The notes below the pieces were generated by a model, which saw only the letters and a program-made list of their open reading frames with translations, was not told the origin of the DNA and did not search any database. Both the position numbers and the translations under genes were made by a program. Source: Vampirovibrio chlorellavorus (GTDB lineage Bacteria > Cyanobacteriota > Vampirovibrionia > Vampirovibrionales > Vampirovibrionaceae). From it: a stretch of 64,000 nucleotides of DNA. The stretch lies in the NCBI GenBank assembly GCA_001858525.1, contig LAPX01000001.1, forward strand, positions 70,307 to 134,306, given 5' to 3'. This document shows positions 17,405-26,773 of the stretch, one piece after another. How positions within the stretch are numbered: the first letter of the stretch is position 1; every line of letters starts with the position of its first letter.

Positions 17405-18292
17405 TTAGACAGAGCCAGCCAGTTCCGGCAGCACATCAATGAATTCAGGCTCAATTTTGTCCTGAATCACCCCGATGGCTTGTCCCCGCCATAACAGCAG
17501 CTTCACAGCCTTGCGGATTTCCACATCAGCGTCCAGGGTCATCTCGTTCACGTACATGCCCACAAAGGCGTCAGCGGTCTTTTTATCCAGGCCACGGGCG
17601 AACTGCAAGGCATAATCCAGGGCTTCTTCCCGATGTTTCAAGCCATGCTCAATGCTGCGCTTTAACACCCGTCCAATTTTCTGAATCATTTCCGGCCCTA
17701 AATCCCGACGGATGGCGTTGCCGCCCAGGGGCAGGGTCAGGTTGCACTCTTCAAACCACCATTCGCCCAGATCCACAATCTTCACAAAGCCCTGTTGCTG
17801 ATAGGTCAGCTGGCCTTCGTGAATGATCAAACCGGCTGCAAACTCACCGCTTTCCACCCGTTCCATAATCTGATCAAAAGGCACCACAGCGGTTTTCAGT
17901 TCCGGCTCCCAAATTTTAAGGGCCAGGTAAGCCGTGGTCATTTCACCAGGGATGGCCACCGTAATTTGCTTCAATTCATCACGGGTCATTGGTTTTTTGG
18001 CAATCAGAACCGGGCCGTACTTGTCCCCGACACTGGAACCCACATTGAGTATGGCGTATTTGTCATGCAAATGGGCATAGGCGTGATAAGAAATGGCGGT
18101 CAACTCGTAGGTGCCATTCAAGGCTTCCCGGTTCAGGGTTTCAATATCGGTCAAGATGTGCTCGAAGGTCAGGCCTTCGGCATCGATTTTGTGATGGGCC
18201 AGAGCCCAGAACATAAAAGCATCGTCGGAGTCCGGGCTGTGGGCCACTCGAATGACAGCCGGGGCGGGTTTGATTTCGCTCATAATTAGCAC
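17405..18292 (-). CDS. mqnD: 1,4-dihydroxy-6-naphthoate synthase (MqnD, futalosine menaquinone pathway).
   Basis: The N-terminal segment SPDSDDAFMFWALAHHKIDAEGLTFEHILTDIETLN resembles the MqnD consensus SPCPNDTFMF.AL. About 290 aa. Confidence 0.7.
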   Translation of the reverse strand: MLIMSEIKPAPAVIRVAHSPDSDDAFMFWALAHHKIDAEGLTFEHILTDIETLNREALNGTYELTAISYHAYAHLHDKYAILNVGSSVGDKYGPVLIAKKPMTRDELKQITVAIPGEMTTAYLALKIWEPELKTAVVPFDQIMERVESGEFAAGLIIHEGQLTYQQQGFVKIVDLGEWWFEECNLTLPLGGNAIRRDLGPEMIQKIGRVLKRSIEHGLKHREEALDYALQFARGLDKKTADAFVGMYVNEMTLDADVEIRKAVKLLLWRGQAIGVIQDKIEPEFIDVLPELAGSV

Positions 18293-18588
18293 TCTCCAGT
18301 TAAAGGGTTGGGGGATCGAACTTGATCATAGGGTACCCCAAATATCCCCAGACCCAAAGTGTCAGCCTCAAAGCATCAAGATACGCCTTTCCGTTGAACC
18401 CTGCGTTGACCTTAAAAATTGAAAAACAAGCTCAGCCGCTTTTCGATTTTGCTTGCTTTTTGAGCATTAACCGGGTAATACTAACTGAAATTGGATTTTT
18501 TGGTTCAGGTTTGTTATTCACTATGGCAACGGGCCTCATCTAGAAATCTGGTTGTATATATCAAGTAATTTTTGAGGTTCCTAACATC

Positions 18589-18936
18589 GTGACCGTAACC
18601 GAACTCATTTGCGTCAACTGTGGCACTGGTTTTCCCTTTACCGCCGAAGAGCAAGAATTTTATCAATCCAAAGGGTTTCAGCCCCCTAAAAAGTGCAAAC
18701 CCTGCCGGGATGCCGCAAAACAAAACCGTGGCGGCGGTTACGGTGGCGGTAGCAGTTATGGCGGCGGAAGCCGTGGTGGCTACGGTGGCGGCGGCGGCGG
18801 TTACGATCGTCCCCAGCGCCAAATGTATGATGCTGTTTGCGCTAGCTGCGGCGTGAATACCCAGGTTCCGTTCCAACCGAACGGCAGTAAGCCTGTGTAT
18901 TGCCGTGATTGCTACCAAAATACCGGCTCTTACTAA
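18589..18936 (+). CDS. Zinc-ribbon protein with two CxxC...CxxC pairs flanking an RGG/YGG Gly-rich linker (probably nucleic-acid binding). GTG start.
   Basis: ICVNCG...KKCKPCR and CASCG...VYCRDCY. Central GGGYGGGSSYGGGSRGGYGGGGGGY. GAGGT ribosome-binding site 8 nt upstream of the GTG. Confidence 0.7.
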   Translation: MTVTELICVNCGTGFPFTAEEQEFYQSKGFQPPKKCKPCRDAAKQNRGGGYGGGSSYGGGSRGGYGGGGGGYDRPQRQMYDAVCASCGVNTQVPFQPNGSKPVYCRDCYQNTGSY

Positions 18937-19143
18937 AATTTAGGCAATTCTCAGTATGGGGGTGGTTTGTTCCATTCAGGAAAACCATCCCCATTCTACT
19001 GTTTATCTCCCCCCTCCGAAAAACTGAGTGGAAAAATCCGATAGTCGTTACTGTCCGTGGTTAACACCTGCAACGTGTGATGAAAGTCTGATTTTTACTC
19101 TGTTCATCGAAATCAGTACAAATCACCAATTGAAGGTAACCAT

Positions 19144-20277
19144 ATGACTGCTATCCTATTTCAGGACTTGCCTTTGAGCGAGTCCATTCAAAGAGCTATT
19201 GCCGATATGGGCTTTGAAAGCGCTTCCGACATCCAGGGTCAGGCCATCCCGCCCCTACTGGAAGGCAAAGATCTCATTGGGCAAGCCCAAACCGGCACCG
19301 GCAAAACCTGCGCCTTTGGTATTCCCATTGTGGAGCGCATCGATCCGCTCTCTAAAAACGTGCAGGCACTTATTCTGTGCCCTACCCGTGAGCTGGCCGT
19401 TCAAGTCTCCGAAGAGTTCAAAAAACTGCTGAAGCACCACAAACAGATTTCTGTAGCCACCTTGTACGGTGGTGACCCCATGCCCAAGCAATTGCGGGCC
19501 CTGCAAAAGCGTCCTCAAATTGTCGTGGGTACCCCAGGTCGGGTGATTGATCACTTGGGCCGGAGAACCCTGCGCATCCAGGCCGTACAAACCGTCGTGC
19601 TGGATGAAGCCGATGAAATGCTGAACATGGGCTTTGTTGAAGACATTGAAAAAATTCTGGCCTACACCCCCAAAGAGCGCCAAACCGTCTTCTTCTCGGC
19701 CACCTTGCCCCGGGCCATTCTGGAACTGAAAGATCGTTACCAGCGCAACCCCATCCACATTCAAGCGGCTCACCAAGCCAAGACCGCCGCGCTCATCGAT
19801 GCCTCCTACTACGAAGTGCATCGTCGCAAAAAAGCGGAAGCCCTGGTCTTCTTGTTGGAACAGCACCAGTTTCAACTGGGCCTCATCTTCTGCAACACCA
19901 AAATGCAGGTGGAAGAGCTGGTGGATTGCCTGCAAAGCCAAGGCTACCCGGCCGAAGGCCTCCACGGTGGGATGCCCCAACGCAAGCGGGATAAAGTAAT
20001 GCAACGCTTCCGCAAAGGGGCGGTTCGTTTCCTGATTGCCACCGATGTCGCCGCCCGCGGCATTGACGTGCGCAACATCGAAGCGGTGTTCAACTACGAT
20101 TTACCGCTGGATCAGGCTTTTTATATCCACCGGGTCGGTCGTACAGGACGGGCAGGACAATCTGGCCGGGCCATTACCTTCGTGGAAAAAAGCCAATTAC
20201 CGCGACTGAGAAGCTTCCTGCGCTGCCCGGAAATTTCCCTGCGCAAAGAGCAACTGCCTTACGCGGCCAACGCTTAA
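19144..20277 (+). CDS. DEAD-box ATP-dependent RNA helicase (minimal core, 377 aa).
   Basis: Q motif, AQTGTGKT, PTRELA, DEAD, SAT, HRVGRTGRAG. Confidence 0.9.
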   Translation: MTAILFQDLPLSESIQRAIADMGFESASDIQGQAIPPLLEGKDLIGQAQTGTGKTCAFGIPIVERIDPLSKNVQALILCPTRELAVQVSEEFKKLLKHHKQISVATLYGGDPMPKQLRALQKRPQIVVGTPGRVIDHLGRRTLRIQAVQTVVLDEADEMLNMGFVEDIEKILAYTPKERQTVFFSATLPRAILELKDRYQRNPIHIQAAHQAKTAALIDASYYEVHRRKKAEALVFLLEQHQFQLGLIFCNTKMQVEELVDCLQSQGYPAEGLHGGMPQRKRDKVMQRFRKGAVRFLIATDVAARGIDVRNIEAVFNYDLPLDQAFYIHRVGRTGRAGQSGRAITFVEKSQLPRLRSFLRCPEISLRKEQLPYAANA

Positions 20278-20302
20278 ACACCATTAGTCTATAGCGATTT
20301 AG

Positions 20303-20353
20303 GGGGCGTTCCGAGAGTCCAATCTCAGAGACGCCCCTTTTTTGCTGCCTTTG
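20303..20353 (+). terminator. Putative intrinsic terminator after the helicase gene.
   Basis: GGGGCGT...ACGCCCC stem followed by T6. Confidence 0.45.
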
Positions 20354-20357
20354 TCTA

Positions 20358-21479
20358 TTAAGCCGGTAAGAGGGTCTCTAGTGGCGTAAACGGCAAGCCA
20401 TGGGCTTCCGCCACCGAGGCATAGGTAATTTGCCCGTTTAAGGCATTGACCCCTTTGGCCAGGGCTGCATCCTTGCGAACGGCCGTTTCAAAGCCCTGAT
20501 TGGCCAGCGCCAGCACGTAAGGCAATGTGGCGTTGGTCAGCGCAAAGGTGGAGGTTCGGGCCACGGCACCCGGCATATTGGCCACCGAGTAATGAATCAC
20601 CCCATGCTTAACGTAAGCCGGATCGGCATGGGTGGTGACCCGATCGATGGTCTCAATGGAGCCGCCCTGATCAATGGCCACATCCACAATGACGGAGCCC
20701 GGCTGCATTTCCTTCACCATAGCCTCAGTCACCAGTTTGGGGGCCTTGGCTCCGGGAATGAGCACCGCTCCGATCAGTAAATCGGCCTGCTTGGCCTCTT
20801 CCCGGATATTAAAACTGTTGGAAATCAGGGTTTTCAGACGACCCTGAAAAATATCATCCAAATGCCGCAAGCGATCCAGATTCACATCCAGCAAGGTCAC
20901 ATCGGCCCCAAAGCCCAGCGCGATTTTTGCGGCGCTGGTGCCCACCGTTCCCCCGCCTAGAATCATAACCCGGGCCGGATGGGTGCCCGGTACCCCGCCC
21001 AGTAACAGGCCCTTGCCGCCGTAGTGTTTTTCCAACAGCATGGCCCCAATTTGCACGGACATTTTACCCGCCACCTCGCTCATGGGGGTGAGTAAGGGCA
21101 AGGAGCGATCCGGCAACTGAATGGTTTCGTAGGCAATGGCCTTGACCCGGTTGCGAATAAGAGCTTGAGTCAGGGCCGGTTCGGCGGCCAGGTGCAAAAA
21201 GGTAAAGAGTAACTGGTTTTCCCGCAGCAAATCGTACTCCGGGGCCAAAGGCTCTTTCACTTTCACGATCATCTCGGCGTTGGCAAAAACCTCCGCCGGG
21301 CTGGTGACGATCTGGGCACCGGCCTGTTCATAGTCAGCGTCGCTAAAACCGCTGCCCACCCCGGCATTGCTTTCCAGAAGCACCGTGTGCCCCTTTTTGA
21401 TTAAGGCTTCCACCCCGGCGGGGGTCATGGCCACCCGATGCTCGTTGGGTTTAATCTCTTTGGGAACACCAATGCGCAT
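20358..21479 (-). CDS. ald: Alanine dehydrogenase.
   Basis: [23 protein letters not shown]... and an NAD-binding GAGVVG-type region. 373 aa. Confidence 0.9.
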   Translation of the reverse strand: MRIGVPKEIKPNEHRVAMTPAGVEALIKKGHTVLLESNAGVGSGFSDADYEQAGAQIVTSPAEVFANAEMIVKVKEPLAPEYDLLRENQLLFTFLHLAAEPALTQALIRNRVKAIAYETIQLPDRSLPLLTPMSEVAGKMSVQIGAMLLEKHYGGKGLLLGGVPGTHPARVMILGGGTVGTSAAKIALGFGADVTLLDVNLDRLRHLDDIFQGRLKTLISNSFNIREEAKQADLLIGAVLIPGAKAPKLVTEAMVKEMQPGSVIVDVAIDQGGSIETIDRVTTHADPAYVKHGVIHYSVANMPGAVARTSTFALTNATLPYVLALANQGFETAVRKDAALAKGVNALNGQITYASVAEAHGLPFTPLETLLPA

Positions 21480-21603
21480 GCTTTGCCCTCATCACAATTT
21501 GCCAAGACTCAACCATATAGTATCAAGCCTATCCTAACAAGCATCGCCGTATTGATAAAGGAGTCCGCTCAAGTACCGAGAAAAAATGCCCAAAAACGCT
21601 CTT

Positions 21604-21746
21604 AGAAACTATCCAAAAAGTTTTCAGTCCGGTGTGGATACAAGTTCGAAGCAGCGCAAGCAAGGCGCTTATACTGATAAGTAACGCAGCTGAGCAGCAC
21701 ACGAACGCAGGAGACGCCCGGAATGGAAGCTTTTTGGATAGTTTCT
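21604..21746. repeat. Perfect 17-bp inverted repeat (AGAAACTATCCAAAAAG / CTTTTTGGATAGTTTCT) flanking a 109-bp core. MITE-like or a long structured RNA.
   Basis: Arms at 21604..21620 and 21730..21746. Intergenic between the degT stop and the ald start. Confidence 0.5.
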
Positions 21747-22870
21747 CAGGGGCGGCTTTCAAAAAAAGCCTTGACGGTCCGAACCACTTCCTCGGCCTCG
21801 GACATGGTCAGTTCCGGGCAAATGGGCAGGGATAAACATTGCTGGCTCAGGGTCTCAGCGTGAGGGAAGGCCCCGGCCTGATAGCCCAGGTAAGCAAAAG
21901 CAGGTTGCAAATGCAGCGGAATGGGGTAATGAATGGCCGCCTGAATGCCTTGCCCGTTCAAGAATTGCAGCAACGCATCCCGCTGGGCAGTTTGCACCAC
22001 GTACAAATGGAAAACATGAGTGCGATTCGCCCCCAACTGCGGCAATTTCAAATCAGGTAAATCGCTCAGGGCATGGTTGTAGAAAGCTGCAATCTCATTG
22101 CGACGGGCATTCCAGGCATCCAGATGCCCCAACTTGGTGAGCAGAATGGAGGCCTGAACAGTATCCAGACGGCTGTTGACCCCTTCCACGGCGTGTTCAT
22201 ACTTGGTCAAGCGGCCATGGTTGGCCAACATGCGGATTTTATGGGCCAATTCGGCGTCATTGGTGGTGATGCCGCCCCCATCCCCAAAGGCCCCCAAATT
22301 TTTACCGGGATAAAAACTAAATGCAGCGGCCTGCCCCCAGGAACCAATGCGCTGACCGGCAAATTCCGCCCCATGGGCTTGGGCTGCGTCTTCAATCAGA
22401 AACAACCCGTGCTGAGTGGCCAACTGCTGAAGGGCGGCCAAGTCGGCAGGCTGGCCGTACAAATGGACCGGTAACAGGGCTTTGGTTTTCTCCGTGATTA
22501 ACCGGGCCACCTGAGCCGCATCCAGTGTGTAGGTGAGGGGATCGATATCGGCGAAGACCACCTTGACGCCCAAGGGGGCAAAAATCTCGGCGGTGGCAAT
22601 AAAACTCATGGTGCAGGTAATCACTTCATCGCCCGGCTGTAGGCCCAAGGCCTTGAAAATGAGATACAGGGCATCTGTCCCGTTGCCTACTCCCACGCAA
22701 TGCTGCGCCCCGCAGTACTGAGCAAAGGCTTTCTCAAACTGCTCCACGGAGGCCCCGCCAATAAAGTCGGCCTTGTTCAGCAAGGCGGTAAAGCTGGCCT
22801 GAAAAGCGTCTCTGTAAGTCTGTGCCTGACGCTGCAAATTCACCAGCGGGATACTTGTTTTGACGGTCAT
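21746..22870 (-). CDS. DegT/DnrJ/EryC1/StrS-family PLP-dependent sugar aminotransferase.
   Basis: Family-typical N-terminus and PLP-fold motifs (GNGTDALYL, ITCTMSFIAT...). 374 aa. Confidence 0.85.
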   Translation of the reverse strand: MTVKTSIPLVNLQRQAQTYRDAFQASFTALLNKADFIGGASVEQFEKAFAQYCGAQHCVGVGNGTDALYLIFKALGLQPGDEVITCTMSFIATAEIFAPLGVKVVFADIDPLTYTLDAAQVARLITEKTKALLPVHLYGQPADLAALQQLATQHGLFLIEDAAQAHGAEFAGQRIGSWGQAAAFSFYPGKNLGAFGDGGGITTNDAELAHKIRMLANHGRLTKYEHAVEGVNSRLDTVQASILLTKLGHLDAWNARRNEIAAFYNHALSDLPDLKLPQLGANRTHVFHLYVVQTAQRDALLQFLNGQGIQAAIHYPIPLHLQPAFAYLGYQAGAFPHAETLSQQCLSLPICPELTMSEAEEVVRTVKAFFESRP

Positions 22871-22966
22871 GCCTCTACCACTCCATCTTGTAAGTCTATA
22901 AATCCTATCTTACCGCAAGTGACGGGCATCCTTCCAATAACCGAAATCCACAGACTGAAATTAAAC

Positions 22967-22980
22967 ATTGAACGTTCAAT
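22967..22980. promoter_or_regulatory. Perfect 14-bp palindrome ATTGAACGTTCAAT upstream of degT; candidate operator.
   Basis: Seen directly in the sequence, about 100 nt upstream of the degT start. Confidence 0.25.
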
Positions 22981-23026
22981 TAGTGGCCTGAGAAGGACTC
23001 AAACTTGCAACCACAGATAAATGGCC

Positions 23027-23641
23027 TCAATCTCCTGAAGACTCTATTCTCGTTATTAATTCTTCAATGGATAGGGGTGGAAGAAACTTATGAACAACAG
23101 CATGACAGTTCGGACAAAGTGGTATTAAATCCTTAATCGGATCTACTTGATAAGACTCTTTAATTAAGGAGAGTGGGATTTTGTGGTGTACATGTATAAA
23201 CCCACACAATTCTTCTCCGTATTTCGATGAAAAATCAAGCTTGCAAGCATAACACTGTGCACCATAATGTTGGATGCAAGCTTCACGTGCCTTTTGATCT
23301 CTTTCATATCGATTGACCAGCGCTCTCAGCGCCTTGCCTTCTCGAAAACTACTTTCAGAGACAATCTGTTCCTCACCGTCTAAAGCAACCCGGACATAAT
23401 TAGGCAAAGAAGAAATGCGTTTAGGAACATTAATTCTTTTACCCACTTTGACACCTGGTGTATTTACTAATTCATTTATAGTCAAAAAACAAATATATCC
23501 ATATTTGTCGGTCAGAGCAGCAGGAAAAAGCGCTTCATCAATGAGTCCATAAAAATTTCCCCACTCACTATAAAGTGCAGATTTAACGTCAAGTCCCCAA
23601 ATTTTTTGAAGCTGTTTGCCTGTTATCGTTGGCTTACCCAT
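23027..23641 (-). CDS. HNH endonuclease-family protein. Visibly AT-richer than its surroundings.
   Basis: CYAC...HVHHKIPLS...LIPLCPNCHAVVH HNH motif. I chose the start at the internal MGKPTITGK because the longer ORF overlaps the tRNA. Confidence 0.65.
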   Translation of the reverse strand: MGKPTITGKQLQKIWGLDVKSALYSEWGNFYGLIDEALFPAALTDKYGYICFLTINELVNTPGVKVGKRINVPKRISSLPNYVRVALDGEEQIVSESSFREGKALRALVNRYERDQKAREACIQHYGAQCYACKLDFSSKYGEELCGFIHVHHKIPLSLIKESYQVDPIKDLIPLCPNCHAVVHKFLPPLSIEELITRIESSGD

Positions 23642-23659
23642 CAAAATTAACCCAAAAAA

Positions 23660-23735
23660 TGGTGGCCCCAGCAGGATTCGAACCTGCAACCAACGAATTA
23701 TGAGTTCGCTGCTCTAACCGTTGAGCTATAGGGCC
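23660..23735 (-). tRNA. tRNA with anticodon CAT. Elongator Met or Ile2 type, not initiator-like. Encoded CCA.
   Basis: Manual fold: acceptor GGCCCUA/UGGGGCC, D-stem GCUC/GAGC, anticodon stem GCGAA/UUCGU with loop CUCAUAA, T-stem GCAGG/CCUGC with loop UUCGAAU, 3' ACCA. Confidence 0.85.
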
Positions 23736-23937
23736 TCAATCTCACAAACAATCGTTCATTATAATAGCCTGAACCTTGCCCAATTGAAAATGGCTGGGCT
23801 GAAATCCGTTACCAACACCAAACCTCCAGCGGAATCCGATATAATAAAAGGGTCAGCCATACCATTGCAACCACGGTAAGGCATGCTGAGACAGGCATTC
23901 ACCGAAAGTCAAATCAGACGGAGAGGGCGCAAAGACT

Positions 23938-25029
23938 GTGTTTAGTATTTTTTGGCCGCTGAATCTGGCCAAGGGTCTGCTGGGCTTTGTGATGAACGGG
24001 CTTGTTTTTCTCTCTTGCGCGCTGACCGTGATGGCCCTGATGGGCGACAAAGGCTGGGTGTGGAGCCTGAGCACCCATTTCCGAGTGCAGTATCTGTGCG
24101 TGCAATCGCTGGCTTTTCTCTTCGCCAGTTTCAGTTACTGGCAAAAAAGCAAACCGGATGGTCCCCGTAAAATCGATCAGTGGGTCAGCCTGATTGTACT
24201 GGGCAGCTTTTTAGGCATTAACCTGGCGGCGGTGCTGCCCTATTATTTGCCACAACCCAAGCCGGATCTGGCCCAAATTTCAGGCCGCCCCCTCAAGCTA
24301 ATGCACATCAACGTGTTTGGCAACGTCAATTTCAACACCGAAGCGGTCATAAAGGCCATCCAGACCGAACAGCCGGACATGGTGGACCTGGTGGAATACG
24401 CGGAACGCTGGCGACACAAGCTGGAACAATCGCCAGTGCTGAAGCAATATCCTTATCGCTTGTCTGGACTGGGTAATATGGCCCTGTACAGCAAGCGCCC
24501 ACTAAGCAACGCCCGTCTGGTTTACGCCGGACGTAAACCTGTGGCCAATCAGGCCAACATCATCGCCAAAATCTGGCTGAATGGACAGCCGGTGACCATT
24601 TTGGTAGCCCATCCGGCTTCACCCATTCGCCCATCTCATCTGGCCTGGCTCCAGGAGAGCTTTGGGACCTGGGCCAAAGAGCGCCCACGGTTGGGTAAAA
24701 ATCTGGTGATAGTGGGCGATCTCAACACCTCTCCCTGGTCTGTGGAATTTAAAACGTTAATTGAAAAAACCGGCCTGCGGGACAGCCAACTGGGCCTGGG
24801 AATACAGCCCAGCTGGCCCATGTTGCTGCCCATTATTGGTATTCGCACGGAATCCCAGTGGTTAACCCAGCTGATGCAAATCCCTATTGATCATGTGCTG
24901 GTCAGTGAGCGTCTGGTGGTCACAGAACGGCACACTGGCCCCTTCGTGGGTTCCGATCATTTGCCCGTGGTGGTGCAACTGGCCGTTGGCCCCAGTCAAC
25001 CCGTCCCTCACAAACCCCATTCCATTTAA
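23938..25029 (+). CDS. Endonuclease/exonuclease/phosphatase (EEP)-family protein with N-terminal transmembrane helices.
   Basis: EEP motifs LKLMHINVF, VGDLNTSPWS, IDHVLVS, GSDHLPV. Hydrophobic N-terminus. GTG start in the ORF track. Confidence 0.65.
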   Translation: MFSIFWPLNLAKGLLGFVMNGLVFLSCALTVMALMGDKGWVWSLSTHFRVQYLCVQSLAFLFASFSYWQKSKPDGPRKIDQWVSLIVLGSFLGINLAAVLPYYLPQPKPDLAQISGRPLKLMHINVFGNVNFNTEAVIKAIQTEQPDMVDLVEYAERWRHKLEQSPVLKQYPYRLSGLGNMALYSKRPLSNARLVYAGRKPVANQANIIAKIWLNGQPVTILVAHPASPIRPSHLAWLQESFGTWAKERPRLGKNLVIVGDLNTSPWSVEFKTLIEKTGLRDSQLGLGIQPSWPMLLPIIGIRTESQWLTQLMQIPIDHVLVSERLVVTERHTGPFVGSDHLPVVVQLAVGPSQPVPHKPHSI

Positions 25030-25062
25030 CCCTGTTTGGTAAGAAGGGTTTGATACGTTTGC

Positions 25063-26091
25063 CTACAACACAAACAGACTTTTGACCATGTGCTTCATGT
25101 AAGCCACCCGATCAGAGCGCTCCGTCATGACGCGGTTGGCCGTCTGGGTGCCCACCTCGTGCAACAGGAATAAAAAGTTCATGGCGTGCTGGGCCCGCGC
25201 CTTGGGATGTGGGGCCTTGGCCACCGCCTGAGCCAGGGATTGAATGGCCTCTTCTTCCAGCATGACCAAATCCTTGAACCCAATGACCTTTTCTACCAGC
25301 TTGTGCTGATCTTCAAGTGATTTACCGGCAATGATGCTGTCAGCCAGTTTACGGGCAATTTGACGGTCCAGTTGCCCATCCCCCGATAAGTCCCGGACAG
25401 CAGGGATGCGCGGCATCATTTCAGATGGCAGCACTTTCAGCACATAAGCCGCCATGACCCGCTTGCCATGCCAGGTTTTCATGGCCTGATTGATCACGCA
25501 CTGACCCACGTTGTCCCGCAGAAACAGGGCCCGCATATGATTTTGCTTCATCTGCTCCGGGTTGGCGTTCTGGTTGGCTTCATCCAGGGCTTCCACAATG
25601 GCCCGATCAGCGGTCAAAATATCCCAGGGCGTTCTCACTTTGCTCATCAACTCGGCGCGCTCCGGAAAGTGCGTTCCATCAATGGCACTTTTGGCCAACC
25701 GCAAAGCCTCCCCATGGTTCAATCGGCAATAAGGATGCGGTTCCTCGTCGATAGATCCATTCGTGCGGCAAGTCGGCCCGCTAATCATCATCCCGGCCAC
25801 AGCCTTGGTTTTTTGAGAAGACCGTGACTCCCATTTTTTAGTGGGCTTATTCCGGCCAATCTGGTTGGAAATCTCCAATCCAGTGGAGCGAGCCTCTTGC
25901 GAACGCGAAAAAGTTCGCGCAATCTGCAAGGGATTTTCGTTGCGGGCTCGCAATGGCTTGATAAACCCGTTGTTCAAGGCTCCTTGCGAAGCGCTTTGCT
26001 TTTTGGACTGCCCGGAATGATGCTCGGCAGAATGCTTATACGGCACACCAACGCGTGTTAATACGGTCATATGGATGAAACCCTCCCTCAA
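25063..26091 (-). CDS. Hypothetical protein.
   Basis: 342-aa ORF. No recognised motifs. Confidence 0.45.
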   Translation of the reverse strand: MREGFIHMTVLTRVGVPYKHSAEHHSGQSKKQSASQGALNNGFIKPLRARNENPLQIARTFSRSQEARSTGLEISNQIGRNKPTKKWESRSSQKTKAVAGMMISGPTCRTNGSIDEEPHPYCRLNHGEALRLAKSAIDGTHFPERAELMSKVRTPWDILTADRAIVEALDEANQNANPEQMKQNHMRALFLRDNVGQCVINQAMKTWHGKRVMAAYVLKVLPSEMMPRIPAVRDLSGDGQLDRQIARKLADSIIAGKSLEDQHKLVEKVIGFKDLVMLEEEAIQSLAQAVAKAPHPKARAQHAMNFLFLLHEVGTQTANRVMTERSDRVAYMKHMVKSLFVL

Positions 26092-26252
26092 AAAAATTCA
26101 AGAGCCCCCAAACGTTATTGAATTAATCCCAAAACAAAAGAGAACCCACTTAACTGTTTAATGTCTATTTATATACTCACTACCATGAAGCTTGGATTAT
26201 AGCACAACAGAAATAATGTCAACATTATTTAGACATGATATTCAACAAATCG

Positions 26253-26663
26253 CTAAAGCGACTTGCCTTCAAACAGGACGGCCACGGCCTCACGCCGCAG
26301 TACCAGCACCGCGGAAACCCCCAGTAAAAAGCCCAACGGGGGCAGACATAAACATTCCGCGCAACTTAACACCATGCAACTCAGCCGATTTTTACGACGA
26401 GACAAGCACCAGGCGTTCAGGCCCATCACGGTGACCTGAATCAGATTCAGCAACAGACCCGCCAGTAATAATTGCGGGGCCAAAGGCTTGAACAAGGTTA
26501 TGACCTGATAATAGCGGGGGCCGATGAGCAAAGGCATGGCATACATAAGGATGCCCAACAACAGCAGGCCAGCGGCAATCAAGCCATGGTAGAGACCCAG
26601 CAAGCGCAAATGCTCCTCGTTACGATCCACCAGTTGTGCGAACGGTTTATGAGATGAGGTCAT
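26253..26663 (-). CDS. Hypothetical small membrane protein.
   Basis: Three hydrophobic segments. ORF only. Confidence 0.4.
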   Translation of the reverse strand: MTSSHKPFAQLVDRNEEHLRLLGLYHGLIAAGLLLLGILMYAMPLLIGPRYYQVITLFKPLAPQLLLAGLLLNLIQVTVMGLNAWCLSRRKNRLSCMVLSCAECLCLPPLGFLLGVSAVLVLRREAVAVLFEGKSL

Positions 26664-26773
26664 GCTTTGGCCTGATACTTAAAATTTGAGCGGTGACGGT
26701 GGCGATACCCCCTGCGCGGGCAGTATCCTCCCTAAATTAACACAAAGTCGCGTGTCCCAAAAACACAGCACCC

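Noticed and set aside
18730-18810. Repetitive GGC/GGT-rich DNA.
   Set aside because: It is the coding sequence of the Gly-rich RGG/YGG linker of the zinc-ribbon protein. Not a CRISPR array or a non-coding tandem repeat.
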